Assembly: GCA_951406725.2 (NCBI GenBank)
Contig: OX597827.1
Span: 24,118,001-24,182,000 of the forward strand
Origin: Octopus vulgaris
Taxonomy: Eukaryota
Length of the DNA: 64,000 nt
Direction: 5' to 3'
The position numbers and the translations under genes are program-made. Under the pieces are notes generated by a model that was not told where the DNA came from, ran no database searches, and saw only the letters and a program-made list of their open reading frames with translations. This document shows, in pieces, positions 50,497 through 62,658 of this stretch. Positions within the stretch are counted from its first letter, which is position 1; each line of letters starts with the position of its first letter.

Positions 50497-52892
50497 TTCC
50501 AGACGTTTGAAATAATCCGACTGCCCTGCTCCTGTCGGAGCGTAGGCAGCCAGCAGTCTGAAAGCACCGCCGTCACTACCGTCCACGTCGAGAACCACCA
50601 ACTTACCTTCCGGATCCAAGAAGACTGTCCTTATTTTCAAGTCCAGGGCCTTCCGAAACAACACCGCAGTACCACCATCGCCCGCTCCCGGCCGACACAG
50701 AGATAGAAATATCTCGTATCCGCCGAAAAGGGCTGCGAGTTCCTGCGGGTCGGAGAGCCTGGTTTCACTGATGGCTGCCACATCCACATCATGAAACCTC
50801 AGGTCGTTTAACAGGTGACCCTGTTTCCAAGGTGACCCAAGGCCTCTCACATTCAAGCAACCGATTCTAAGATTTGCCATGCTTCAAAAGTAAGGAAAAA
50901 GAAAGGAGAAGAAAAAGGCTCTACTTACTGTTGTTGGTGGTGGGGGTGGCTCCCTTGTGCTTTTGCACGGGTGCTTCCAAAATATTTTTATACAGTTTCT
51001 TCGAGAAACTTTTCCCTAACGATCCCACATCGTTAGGGAATATTTGTTTAATTTCGTTGTATGTTTTTGTGTTTATTTTTATTGTGAGAATGTGTGCTGG
51101 TGGTGTGTTTTGTGTTGGTATAACAAAATCTGTTATACTTGTACTGGTTGTGTTTTTCAAATACTCAACCAGTTCCTGGTTTTTTGTATTTATTGCTGTA
51201 ATTGTGTCTGTGTGGGTTTGTGTCTGTGGCAGTGGCAATGGCAGTAGTGGTGTCGAAAGTGTTGTTGTTGTTTGTTGTTGTAAATGTGTGTTGTCGTTGA
51301 TGTTGTTGTTGATGTTTGGAAGCACTATTTGTTCGTGCTTCCCCTGTATATCTTTTTGTTTTTTCCTCCTTTTCTTTTTTGGAGGCACCGTGTTCCACTC
51401 TCCTTTGTTGGAATCAGAGCTTGCACAATCCGAGTACTCTTCATCCGGCAAAGGAATAGATGAGGGGTCTGCTTCAGCAGCAGGACGAAAAGTTATTGCT
51501 TCCGCCGGTATCGGTGGTGCCGCTGCTCCTGTTGCTGTTGATGTTGCTGCTGTCGACCTTCTAGGTACTGGTGTTGGTTTGGTGGTGGTTGTTGTTGTTG
51601 GAGGTGGTGTTGTTCGTCTTGGTGCTGGTGTTGGTGGTGTGGCAGCTTTTGGTGTTTCGTGTTGTTTCTGTTGTTGTTGTTGTCTCTTGCTGTACTCCTC
51701 CATTCTCTTTTTTTGAATGGGGCAGTCCCTCTTCAGGTGGCTTTCGCTACTGCAGAGGAAACATTTTGGCTTTCGCCCCTCTACAGTAACATTTAGCCTG
51801 GTCCCATCTAGTAAGATGACAAAGTCAGGTATGGCATTGATGTTTTCCTGCTGGATCTGTACCAGCAGTTCAATACCCATACCTGACCAGTTCTTTTCTC
51901 GTACCCTCCGAACATTTAGAATAGTGGCAGTGTCCTCTATGCCATAGAGGATAGCCGCCACTTGCCATGAGATATTCAGTTCGGGGGGTATTGTATTTAT
52001 TGTTATTTTTTGGACCTTACGCCCGAGGTACATCGGAACGAGGAACAAATGTTCATTTTGCAAGGGCGAAATGGCATGCGCCCTTGCTTGCTCCTCTGTT
52101 GGGAAGCGAACCTCCACGGTTCCAAATCGCTTCCCTCTTGTCACATAGCTCTTCTGGCCCCAAATGGGCTTCAGAGCCATTTCTAACTGTTGGGGTGTGG
52201 CGTTAACCAATCTTTTGGTTTTCTTTTCGAAAACTTTATAGAATATTGTTTTTTTGAGGAAAACACTGTTTCCCTCTTTTCTCAACAAATCTTTTGCCAT
52301 TTTTAGATCCTCCATCGTAATTTGTATATCTTCCGAAATCTGCTTCGCAGCTGAAGCAAAGCCTTTGGAATTTTCTTCAATTTTTGTTTCTTTGTTTATT
52401 TGTCTCTTATTCATATTATTCCCTTCCTCCCCCTTCGGTACTATAACATTAGTTGAAGGTAGAGGGGGGAAATCTAAAATGACGTTGCAAGAGACGCCGT
52501 CTTTTTTGTTCTTATTTAGAACGGTTTGCTTTTCAGCACGTTCCATTGTAATGTTTACTTCGCCTTTTACGGCTTGAAATGGGCGGTTCGTAACCTCTGA
52601 CGAAATTTTTTCTTCTTGTGGAGGGGGTGGTGTTGCAAGGAGGAAAGAGCCAGCAGCTCTTTTTAAAGCCATTTTGGAAATGTGTGTGTGCAAAATAATC
52701 TAAATGTCAACAATATAAACAGCAATTTCACCCCCAATGGGGCAAAATTTTGCCTAACCAACCAGCTCTGCAAAGAGCTAGTCGGCTTGGCTACAAAAAT
52801 ATTTAAAAATATTAACACTTATCAATAAATTTCCAATGAAATTGGTGCAAAATTCACGGAGCTTCCGGATACATGTCCATCAGCGTTGGAAG
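50497..52892 (-). mobile_element. Tx1-like LINE unit C (intact 5' end and ORF1, 3'-truncated within the endonuclease)
   Basis: ORF2 from 50880 matches the other units until DYFKRLE near 50497. Confidence 0.9.
50921..52672 (-). CDS. Tx1-like ORF1 protein (583 aa, CCHC knuckle, Pro/Thr-rich tail)
   Basis: Open frame from MALKRAAG; contains CFLCSSESHLKRDC. Confidence 0.85.
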   Translation of the reverse strand: MALKRAAGSFLLATPPPPQEEKISSEVTNRPFQAVKGEVNITMERAEKQTVLNKNKKDGVSCNVILDFPPLPSTNVIVPKGEEGNNMNKRQINKETKIEENSKGFASAAKQISEDIQITMEDLKMAKDLLRKEGNSVFLKKTIFYKVFEKKTKRLVNATPQQLEMALKPIWGQKSYVTRGKRFGTVEVRFPTEEQARAHAISPLQNEHLFLVPMYLGRKVQKITINTIPPELNISWQVAAILYGIEDTATILNVRRVREKNWSGMGIELLVQIQQENINAIPDFVILLDGTRLNVTVEGRKPKCFLCSSESHLKRDCPIQKKRMEEYSKRQQQQQKQHETPKAATPPTPAPRRTTPPPTTTTTTKPTPVPRRSTAATSTATGAAAPPIPAEAITFRPAAEADPSSIPLPDEEYSDCASSDSNKGEWNTVPPKKKRRKKQKDIQGKHEQIVLPNINNNINDNTHLQQQTTTTLSTPLLPLPLPQTQTHTDTITAINTKNQELVEYLKNTTSTSITDFVIPTQNTPPAHILTIKINTKTYNEIKQIFPNDVGSLGKSFSKKLYKNILEAPVQKHKGATPTTNNSK

Positions 52893-52909
52893 AAATAATA
52901 ATAATCAAT

Positions 52910-55900
52910 TCTTTTTTATTGGCCACAAGGGCTGACACGCATGATTACATGAAGGGACAAGACAGGACGAAAGGTTACAAAGGGTTTTGCCGTTTTTGAG
53001 AAACATCGAGTAAAAACTTTTTAACAACAATTATAATAAAACAATGAAAAACTCCCAAAAGTGGGAGACGTTTCGAAAGGTTCCTGGTGGAAAAACCCTA
53101 CAAAAGCCAACGGGAGCCTGGTCAAAAAAAGGGGGTGTAGAGAGTCCCCTTTCTTCTCCTTTTACATTACCTTTTTGAAATCACAGGCGAAACCTGAGAA
53201 CTGGTCCATTTATACAGGCCAGTCTCGCACAATTCACCCACCTTTCATAAAACTTGCTATCGGACAGCACTTTCCTCTCTAACCTCATCTTCCTTTTCAA
53301 GTGAAACTTGAAAAAGTTGATGAGGCCTTGACCAAAGAGGAAAGTGTCTGTCTTTAGCCCTTTCAAACGAGTCCACCACACGACCTCTTTCGCCACAGCC
53401 ACTAGGCACAAGAAAACGGCCTCGCCCTCCTTGTTAAAGGAGGTCGGCGGGGCAATCTTCACTATGGACTCGGCCGATAGTCGGATCCGTCCTACACGTG
53501 ACAGTAGCTGTTCGACATAAACCCATATTTCAGCAATACTCGGACACTGGACGAGTGCGTGCAGAACGGTTTCGTCGTCCTGGCAACACCTCGGGCAGGC
53601 CCGGCTGACGGCACTTCCGTGCCGGTAGAGTTTATCTCGAACGGGCAGGCCCGGCTGACGGCACTTCCGTGCCGGTAGAGTTTATCTCGAACGGGCAGGC
53701 CCGGCTGACGGCACTTCTGTGCCGGTAGAGTTTATCTCGAACGGGCAGAGCCCCTCGGTAGCACTGCCAGGCGAGAGACCTCTGGAAATTATCCATCGGC
53801 CCCGGCCCCAAAGTCCTCCCGAACAGACCGCTCAGTTCGTCGTCTTCAACGCCTAGAGTTTCCCTGAGAACGTCGTCGCATTTTTCCTCCACTAACCCTC
53901 TATAGCACGCTAGAGTGGAGCTGTAACCTATCGCATTGCCCGCCTGACGGAGGGCGGAGAGGGCTTGACGGCACTCGAGGTGCCAAGCGCCCTTTCTCGG
54001 TCTACGTTTGATCCAGGTCTTCAGCTCCGTTGGCCAAGCTGGTACGTCTGCTCTTCGACTTTTTGTGGAAGGGTCAGGTGCCACTGGTCAGGCGATCCAT
54101 CTGCTGTCAACGACCGTGTATGAGTTGTTGAGGTGTGTTAAGGAAAACACTATTTCCTTCCTTTCTCAACAAATCTTTTACCATTTTAATGTCTTCCATT
54201 GTAATTTCAATCTCTTTCGAAATCTGCTTTGCAGCTGAAGCAAAGCCTTTTGAATTTTCTTCAATTTTTGATTCTTTGTTTATTTTTTTCTTGTTCCTAT
54301 TCCCTTCCTCCCCCTTCGGTACTATAACATTAGTTGAAGGCAGAGGGGGAAAATCGGGAGTGACGTCCTGGCTAGCATTCTCTTTTGGAACGGCGCGCGT
54401 GCATTCCGTTTCGGAAAGAGGAGCTCTGTTGCCTTTTACGGCCTGAAATGGGTTGTTCGTAACCCGTGACGTAGTTTTTTGTTCTTGTGGAGGGACAGCT
54501 TCCTCTCGGCCCATTTCTGGGTGAGACGTGCCACCCTGCTCGTCACCTCTTCCCAGTTCTTATCCACCTGGAGGTCCGGACCGAACCAGACCCCGAGCAG
54601 TTTAACGGGTCCGTCTGTCCAGCGCCCTACGACGCTGTTGGACGGCATGGGCTTGCCTCTCCAGGTGCCCAGTTGCAAGCCCACAGACTTTTCCGCGTTA
54701 ATCTTTGCCCCTGTCACCGCTTCGTACTGGTTTAGCGTCTCGCCAATCAGGCCAATGTGCCTGTGGCTCGACACCACCACAGTGACGTCGTCGGCATAAG
54801 CAGACACGCTGTTTCCGCCTCCTAGATCGCGCGGGATACCCCTCAAAACCTCCAACTTGCGCAGTAATGGCTCGAGAGTCAAAATGTACAAGAGGGAGGA
54901 GAGAGGGCATCCTTGGCAGACCGAACGCGAGATGTCGAACGGTTCCGAAAGGTGACCGTTCACCCGTATCACCGAGCAGATGTTGCTGTATAAAGCAGCG
55001 ATCCAACCGCGGAAGACTGGACCGAAGCCGGCTGCCTTGAGGACAGCTGCCAGGTACCGATGGTCAACCCTATCGAAGGCTTTACACTGATCCAAGTTGA
55101 TTAAAGCCCCACCTGCGCCAGCGTCGTTACCCACCCTCTCTATGATGTAGCGCATGAGATGGAGGTTGTCGTGTATCGACCTGGTCGGCACGGCGCATGT
55201 CTGCGTCTTGCCGACCAGCTTGTCCAACGACAAGCGCCAATCTCTTGGCTAGCACCTTGGCCAAAATCTTCAACTCTGCATTGAACAGAGTGATGGGCTG
55301 GAAATTCCCTATAACGTCCCCCTTGTTTGGGTCCTTCTTTAGCAAAGCCACCACCCCTCGACAGACAAAAGCAGGAATTCTCCCGTTTTGCTGCCAGTTG
55401 CAGTAGACGTTTGCCAACAGTTCCTCAAACAAGTCTGGTATTGAAAAGTAAAGCTTGTAGGGCAGACCATCCAAACCCGGCGATCTACCTCTCGTGCAAC
55501 TCTTCATCGCTTCCTGTACTTCCCAGGCAGATATCGGTCCTTCGTAGCACTCTGCCTCGCTGTCCGAGAGTTGCGGTAGGCCGTCCAGGTACACACTGAA
55601 GTCTGCACCGTTGTCCGTTCCACCGCTCGTCCCAAACAGTTGAGCAAAGTGCCGCTGAAGCACTGTACACATCTGCTTCGGTTCGGTAACCTCGCGCCCG
55701 TTCTGGTCCACCAAAGACCGAATGGTTGCTCTGTTGCCTCGCTTCGCCTCCGCCACGCGGGCCCATCAAGCGGCTCTAGTCCCCTCCCCGCTTAGCGAAC
55801 GTGCCTTAGCTCTGACAACGCAACCTTCGTGTTTGGCGTCGAAGTGTTGGTCGAGGGCCAACCTTGCCGCCAACACGTCGGTCGCGATGCCAGTGTCAAG

Positions 55901-58900
55901 AGCCTCGTCTAGTTTCGTAACTAAATCCCGCTCTCTCTTCCTACGTTCAATAGCTAGAGTCTTACTATACCTAATCGACTCTACTCTAATTGCTCTCTTG
56001 AGGGCAAACCACCAGTTGTTGTTGATGATTGCCCCCGTGAGCGCCCGCTTAACTAGTAAACTAATCCGGTCTCTGTAAGCTTTGCACGCCGTTAACGACG
56101 CGTTCAGCTTCCAGTAGCCGGGTCCCTGTCAATGTAGCCTATCTAAGTCGACCGTACAGATCACTAATTTGTGGTCTGTATATTCGACTAGGTGGAATTG
56201 TGGACACCCTACGCTGTCCTTATCCGCTGGCCTACAATACACTCTATCTAAGTACGATCTAGACAACCCGATGCGGTTTGTCCAAGTCCACATTGGCACA
56301 TTCGGGTTGTCTAGTCGAAACCTGTCGGACAGCTGAAAGCGGCCGAGTAGGTTGGCGAGGCTCTTGCACCCTCCCCTCTCCTATCAGACGCTCCCCTGCC
56401 CACCCGATCAAAACGTTCGTCTAAGACAGCGTTCCAATCCCCAACTAGCACTAGCGTGCGTGACGTTCCCAGGAAAACTTCCAGACGTTTGAAATAATCC
56501 GACTGCCCTGCTCCTGTCGGAGCGTAGGCAGCCAGCAGTCTGAAAGCACCGCCGTCACTACCATCCACGTCGAGGACCACCAACTTACCTTCCGGATCCA
56601 AGAAGACTGTCCTTATTTTCAGGTCCAGGCCCTTCCGAAACAACACCGCAGTACCACCACCGCCCGCTCCCGGCCGACACGGAGATAGAAATATCTCGTA
56701 TCCGCCGAAAAGGGCTGCGAGTTCCTGCGGGTCGGAGAGCCTGGTTTCACTGATGGCTGCTACATCCACATCATGAAACCTCAGGTCGTTTAACAGGTGA
56801 CCCTGTTTCCAAGGTGACCCGAGGCCTCTCACATTCAAGCAACCGATTCTAAGATTTGCCATATTTCAAAAGTTAGGGGGAAAAAAAAAAGGAGAAAAAA
56901 GGCTCTACTTACTGTTGTTGGTGGTGGGGGTGGCTCCCTTGTGCTTTTGCACGGGTGCTTCAACAATATTTTTATACAGTTTCTTCGAGAAACTTTTCCC
57001 TAACGATCCCACATCGTTAGGGAATATTTGTTTAATTTCATTGTATACTGTTTTGTTTATTTTTATTGTGAGAATGTGTGCTGGTGGTGTGTTGTGTGTA
57101 GGTATTATGAAATCTGTAATGTTTGTGCTTGTTTTGTTTTTCAAATACTCAACCAGTTCCTGGTTTCTTGTATTCACTGCTGTAATCGTGTCTGTAATTG
57201 TGTCTGTGTTTGTTTGTGTCTGTGGCAGTGGCAGTAGTGGTGTCGAAAGTGTTGTTGTTGTTGTTTGTTGTTGTGAATGTGTGTTGTTGTTGATGTTGGG
57301 AAATACTATTTGTTCGTGCTTCCCCTGTAAATCTTTTTTTTTTTTCCTCCTTTTCTTCTTTGGAGGCATTATGTTCCATTCTCCTTTGTTGGAATCAGAG
57401 CTCGCACAATCCGAGATCTCTTCATCCGGCAAAGGAATGGTTGAGGGGTCTGCTTCAGTAGCAGGACGAAAGGTTTTTGGTTCCGCCGGTATCAGTGGTG
57501 CCGCTGCTGCTGTTGATGTTGCTGCAGTTGATCTTCGAGGTACTGGTGTCGGTGTTGGTTTGGTGGTGTTTGTTGTTGGAGGTGGTGTTGTTCGTCTTGG
57601 TGCTGGTGTTGGTGATGGTGTTGGTGGTGTGGCAGCCTTTGGTGTTTCATGCTGTTTTTGTTGTTTCTGTTGTTGTTGTTGTTGTTTCTGCCTCTTGCTA
57701 TACTCCTCCATTCTCTTTTTTTGAATGGGGCAGTCCCTTTTCAGGTGGCTTTCGCTACTGCAGAGGAAACATTTTGGCTTTCGCCCCTCTACAGTAACAT
57801 TTAGCCTGGTCCCATCCAGTAAGATGACAAAGTCAGGTATGGCATTGATGTTTTCCTGCTGGATCTGTACCAGCAGTTGAATACCCATGCCTGACCAGTT
57901 CTTTTCTCGTACCCTCCGAACATTCAGAATAGTGGCAGTGTCCTCTATGCCATAGAGGACAGCCGCCACTAGCCATGAGATTTTCTGTTCGGGGGTATTG
58001 TGTTTATAGTTATTTTTTGTACCTTACGCCCGAGGTACGTCGGGACGAGGACCAAATGTTCATTTTGCAAGGGCGAAATGGCGTTCACCCTTGCAAGCTC
58101 CTCTGTTGGGAAGCGAACCTCCACGGTTCCAAATCGCTTCCCTCTTGTCACATAGCTCTTCTGGCCCCAAATGGGCTTCAGAGCCATCTCTAACTGTTGT
58201 GGTGTGGCGTTAACCAATCTTTTAGTTTTCTTTTCGAAAACTTTATAAAAGATTGTTCTTTTGTTTTTGTCTCTTGTGTGAGTTGTTGAGGTGTGTTGAG
58301 GAAAACACTGTTTCCCTTCCTTTCTCAACAAATCTTGTGCCATTTTTATGTCCTCCATTGTTATTTCTACATCTTCCGAAATTTGCTTTGCAGCAGAAGC
58401 AAAATCGTTAGAGACTTTTACATTTTTTTTGTTGGTTCTTGTCTGTGTTTGTGTCTGTTATAAGTTTCTTTTCCTCCCCCTTCGGTACAGCATCACTTGT
58501 TGAAGGCAGAGGGGGGAAATCAAGAGTGACGTCGAACGCGACGTCCCGACTAGCATTCTCCCTTCGAACGGTGCGCGTGCTTTCCGTTTCGGAAGGAGGA
58601 GCTCTGTTGCCTTTTACGGCCTGAAATGGGTTGTTCGTAACCCGTGACGTTATTTTTTTTTGTTCTTGTGGAGGGGGTGTTGTAAGAAGGAGGGAAGAGC
58701 CAGCAGCTCGTTTCAATGCCATTTTGTAATGTGTGTGTGCAAAAAATGTCAATTTCAAATGGATAAACAGTAATTTCACCCCGAATGGGGCAAAATTTCG
58801 CCCAACCGACGAGCTCCGCAAGAAGCCGGTCGGTTTAGCTACAAAAATATTAAAAAATATCAAAACTTATCAATAGATTTCCAATGAAATTGGTACCAAA

Positions 58901-58941
58901 TTCACGGAGCCTTTTCAGACACGTCCATCGGCGTCGGAAGG
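52910..58941 (-). mobile_element. Tx1-like LINE unit B (rearranged, with frameshifts and stops)
   Basis: ORF1 from 58722 to 56905 broken; APE from 56862; RT with YADD at 54436-55233; internal ORF1 fragment, inversion and triplication; 3' UTR at 52910-53180. Confidence 0.9.
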
Positions 58942-59239
58942 AATAATAATAATAATAATTCTTTTTTTATTGGCCACAAGGGCTGACACGCATGATTACA
59001 TAAAGGGACAAGACAGGACGAAAGGTTACAAAGGGTTTTGCCGTTTTTTTTTAAAAACGTTGAGTAAAAATCTTTATAACAACTTATAAAATTCAACAAT
59101 GAAAAACTCCCAAAAGGGGGAGACGTCTCGAAAGGTTCCTGGTGGAAAAAACCCTACAAAAGCCAACGGGAGCTTGGTCAAAAAAGGGGGTGTAGAGAGT
59201 CCCCTTTCTTCTCCTTTTACATTACCTTTTTCTTTGAAA

Positions 59240-62200
59240 TCACAGGCGAAACCTGAGAACTGGTCCATTTATACAGGCCAGTCTCGCACAATTCACCCAC
59301 CTTTCATAAAACTTGCTATCGGACAGCACTTTCCTCTCTAACCTCATCTTCCTTTTCAAGTGAAACTTGAAAAAGTTGATGAGGCCTTGACCAAAGAGGA
59401 AAGTGTCTGACTTTAGCCCTTTCAAACGAGTCCACCACACAACTTCTTTCGCCACAGCCACAAGGCACAAGAAAACGGCCTCGCCCTCCTTGTTAAAGGA
59501 GGTCGGCGGGGCAATCTTCACTATGGACTCGGCCGATAGTCGGATCCGTCCTATACGTGACAGTAGCTGTTCGACATAAACCCATATTTCAGCAATACTC
59601 GGGCACTGGACGAGTGCGTGCAGAACGGTTTTGTCGTCCTGGCAACACCTCGGGCAGGCCCGGCTGACGGCACTTCCGTGCCGGTAGAGTTTATCTCGAA
59701 CAGGCAGAGCCCCTCGGTAGCACTGCCAGGCGAGAGACCTCTGGAAATTATCCATCGGCCCCGGCCCGAAAGTCCTCCCGAACAGACCGCTCAGTTCGTC
59801 GTCTTCAACGCCTAGAGTTTCCCCGAGAACGTCGTCGCATTTTTCCTCCACTAACCCTCTATAGAACGCTAGAATGGAGCTGTAACCGACCGCATTGCCC
59901 GCCTGGCGGAGGGCGGAGAGGGCTTGACGGCACTCGAGGTGCCAAGCGCCCTTTCTCGGTCTACGTTTGATCCAGGTCTGCAGCTCCGTCAAAGAGACGA
60001 GCTGCGGAAAATCGCGTCTGACAAAAGACGACCACACCTGTTCACCGTCTAGGAAGCGCTTGAGATGCCGCAGCCTGAGCGCATGTCTGCGCAACAGCAA
60101 CCACGGCATTCCAAGGCCTCCGTTCAGCGGTCGTTGACAGCAGATGGATCGCCTGACCAGTGGCACCTGACCCTTCCACAAAAAGTCGAAGAGCAGGCGT
60201 ACCAGCTTGGCCAACCAGCGGTCGGGACAAGGGACGACGGTCAAGCGGTAATAGATGACGGATGCGATGTACGCATTCGCCACCTCCGCTCGACCTTTCA
60301 GGGACAGCTTCCTCTCGGCCCATTTCTGGGTGAGACGTGCCACCCTGCTCGTCACCTCTTCCCAGTTCTTATCCACCTGGAGGTCCGGACCGAACCAGAC
60401 CCCGAGCAGTTTAACGGGTCCATCTGTCCAGTGCCCTACGACGCTCTTAGACGGCATGGGCTTGCCTCTCCAGGTGCCCAGTTGCAAGCCCACAGACTTT
60501 TCCGCGTTAATCTTTGCCCCTGTCACCGCTTCGTCCTGGTTTAGCGTCTCGCCAATCAGGCCAATGTGCCTGTGGCTCGACACCACCACGGTGACGTCGT
60601 CGGCATAAGCAGACACGCTGTTTCCGCCTCCTAGATCGCGCGGGATACCCCTCAAAGCCTCCAACTTGCGCAGTAATGGCTCGAGAGTCAAGATGTACAA
60701 GAGGGAGGAGAGAGGGCATCCTTGGCGGACCGAACGCGAGATGTCGAACGGTTCCGAAAGGTGACCGTTCACCCGTATCACTGAGCAGATGTTGCTGTAT
60801 AAAGCAGCGATCCACCCGCGGAAGACTGGACCGAAGCCGGCTGCCAGGTACCGATGGTCGACCCTATCGAAGGCTTTACTCTGATCCAAGTTGATCAAAG
60901 CCCCACCCGCGCCAGCGTCGTTACCCACCCTCTCTATGATGTAGCGCATGAGATGGAGGTTGTCGTGTATCGACCTGGTCGGCACGGCGCATGTCTGCGT
61001 CTTGCCGACCAGCTTGTCCACGACAAGCGCCAATCTCTTGGCTAGCACCTTGGCCAAAATCTTCAACTCTGCATTGAGCAGAGTGATGGGCCGGAAATTC
61101 CCTATAACGTCCCCCTTGTTTGGGTCCTTCTTTAGCAAAGCCACCACCCCTCGACAGACAAAAGCAGGAATTCTCCCGTTTTGCTGCCAGTTGCAGTAGA
61201 CGTTTGCCAACAGGTCCGCAAACAAGTCTGGCATTGAAAAGTAAAGCTCGTAGGGCAGACCATCCAAACCCGGCGATCTACCTCTCGTACAACTCTTCAT
61301 CGCTTCCTGCACTTCCCAGGCAGATATCGGTCCTTCGCAGCACTCTGCCTCGCTGTCCGAGAGTTGCGGCAGTCCGTCCAGGTACACACCGAAGTCTGTA
61401 CCGTTGGTGTCCGTTCCACCGCTCGTCCCAAACAGTTGAGCAAAGTGCCGCTGAAGCACCGTACACATCTGCTTCGGTTGGGTAACCTCGCGCCCGTTCT
61501 GGTCCACCAAAGACCGAATGGTTGCTCTGTTGCCTCGCTTCGCCTCCGCCACGCGGGCCCATCGAGCGGCTCTAGTCCCCTCCCCGCTTAGCGAACGTGC
61601 CTTAGCTCTGACAACGCAGCCTTCGTGTTTGGCGTCGAAGTGTTGGTCGAGGGCCAACCTTGCCGCCAACACGTCGGTCGCGATGCCAGTGTCAAGAGCC
61701 TCGTCTAGTTTCTTAACTAAATCCCGCTCTCTCTTCCTACGTTCAATAGCTAGAGTCTTACTATACCTAATCGACTCTACTCTAATTGCTCTCTTGAGGG
61801 CAAACCACCAGTTGTTGTTGATGATTGCCCCCGTGAGCGCCCGCTTAACTAGTAAACTAATCCGGTCTCTGTAAGCTTTGCACGCCGTTAACGACGCGTT
61901 CAGCTTCCAGTAGCCGGGTCCCTGTCTATGTAGCCTATCTAAGTCGACCGTACAGATCACTAATTTGTGGTCCTTATCCGCTGGCCTACAAAACACTCTA
62001 TCTAAGTACGATCTAGACGACCCGATGCGGTTTGTCCAAGTCCACATTGGCACATTCGGGTTTTCTAGTCGAAACCTGTCGGACAGCTGAAAGCGGCCGA
62101 GTAGGTTGGCGAGACTCTTGCACCCTCCCCTCTCCTATCAGACGCTCCCCTGCCCACCCGATCGAAACGTTCGTCTAAGACAGCGTTCCAATCCCCAACT

Positions 62201-62616
62201 AGTACTAGAGTGCGTGACGTTCCCAGGAAAACTTCCAGACGTTTGAAATAATCTGACTGCCCTGCTCCTGTCGGTGCGTAGGCAGCCAGCAGTCTGAAAG
62301 CACCGCCGTTACTACCGTCGACGTCGAGGACCACCAACTTACCTTCCGGATCCAAGAAGACTGTCCTTATTTTCAGGTCCAGGCCCTTCCGAAACAACAC
62401 CGCAGTACCACCACCGCCCGCTCCCGGCCGACACGGAGATAGAAATATCTCGTATCCGCCGAAAAGGGCTGCGAGTTCCTGCGGGTCGGAGAGCCTGGTT
62501 TCACTGATGGCTGCTACATCCACATCATGAAACCTCAGGTCGTTTAACAGGTGACCCTGTTTCCAAGGTGACCCGAGGCCTCTCACATTCAAACAACCGA
62601 TTCTAAGATTTGCCAT
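59240..62616 (-). CDS. Tx1/L1-type ORF2: APE endonuclease, RT and C-terminal CCHC, with one frameshift near 62125
   Basis: LNVRGL, ISET, LVGDWN, YWKLN, SPGLDG, LDQSKAFDRV, QGCPLS, YADD, GGLG, CPRC....HALVQC. Confidence 0.9.
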
Positions 62617-62658
62617 GTTTCAAAAGTTAGGGGGAAAAAAAAAAGGAGAAAGAAGGCT

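Noticed and set aside
62617-62658. Pyrimidine-rich ORF1-ORF2 spacer as a splice acceptor or IRES
   Set aside because: There is no AG between the pyrimidine tract and the ATG, and nothing beyond base composition supports it.
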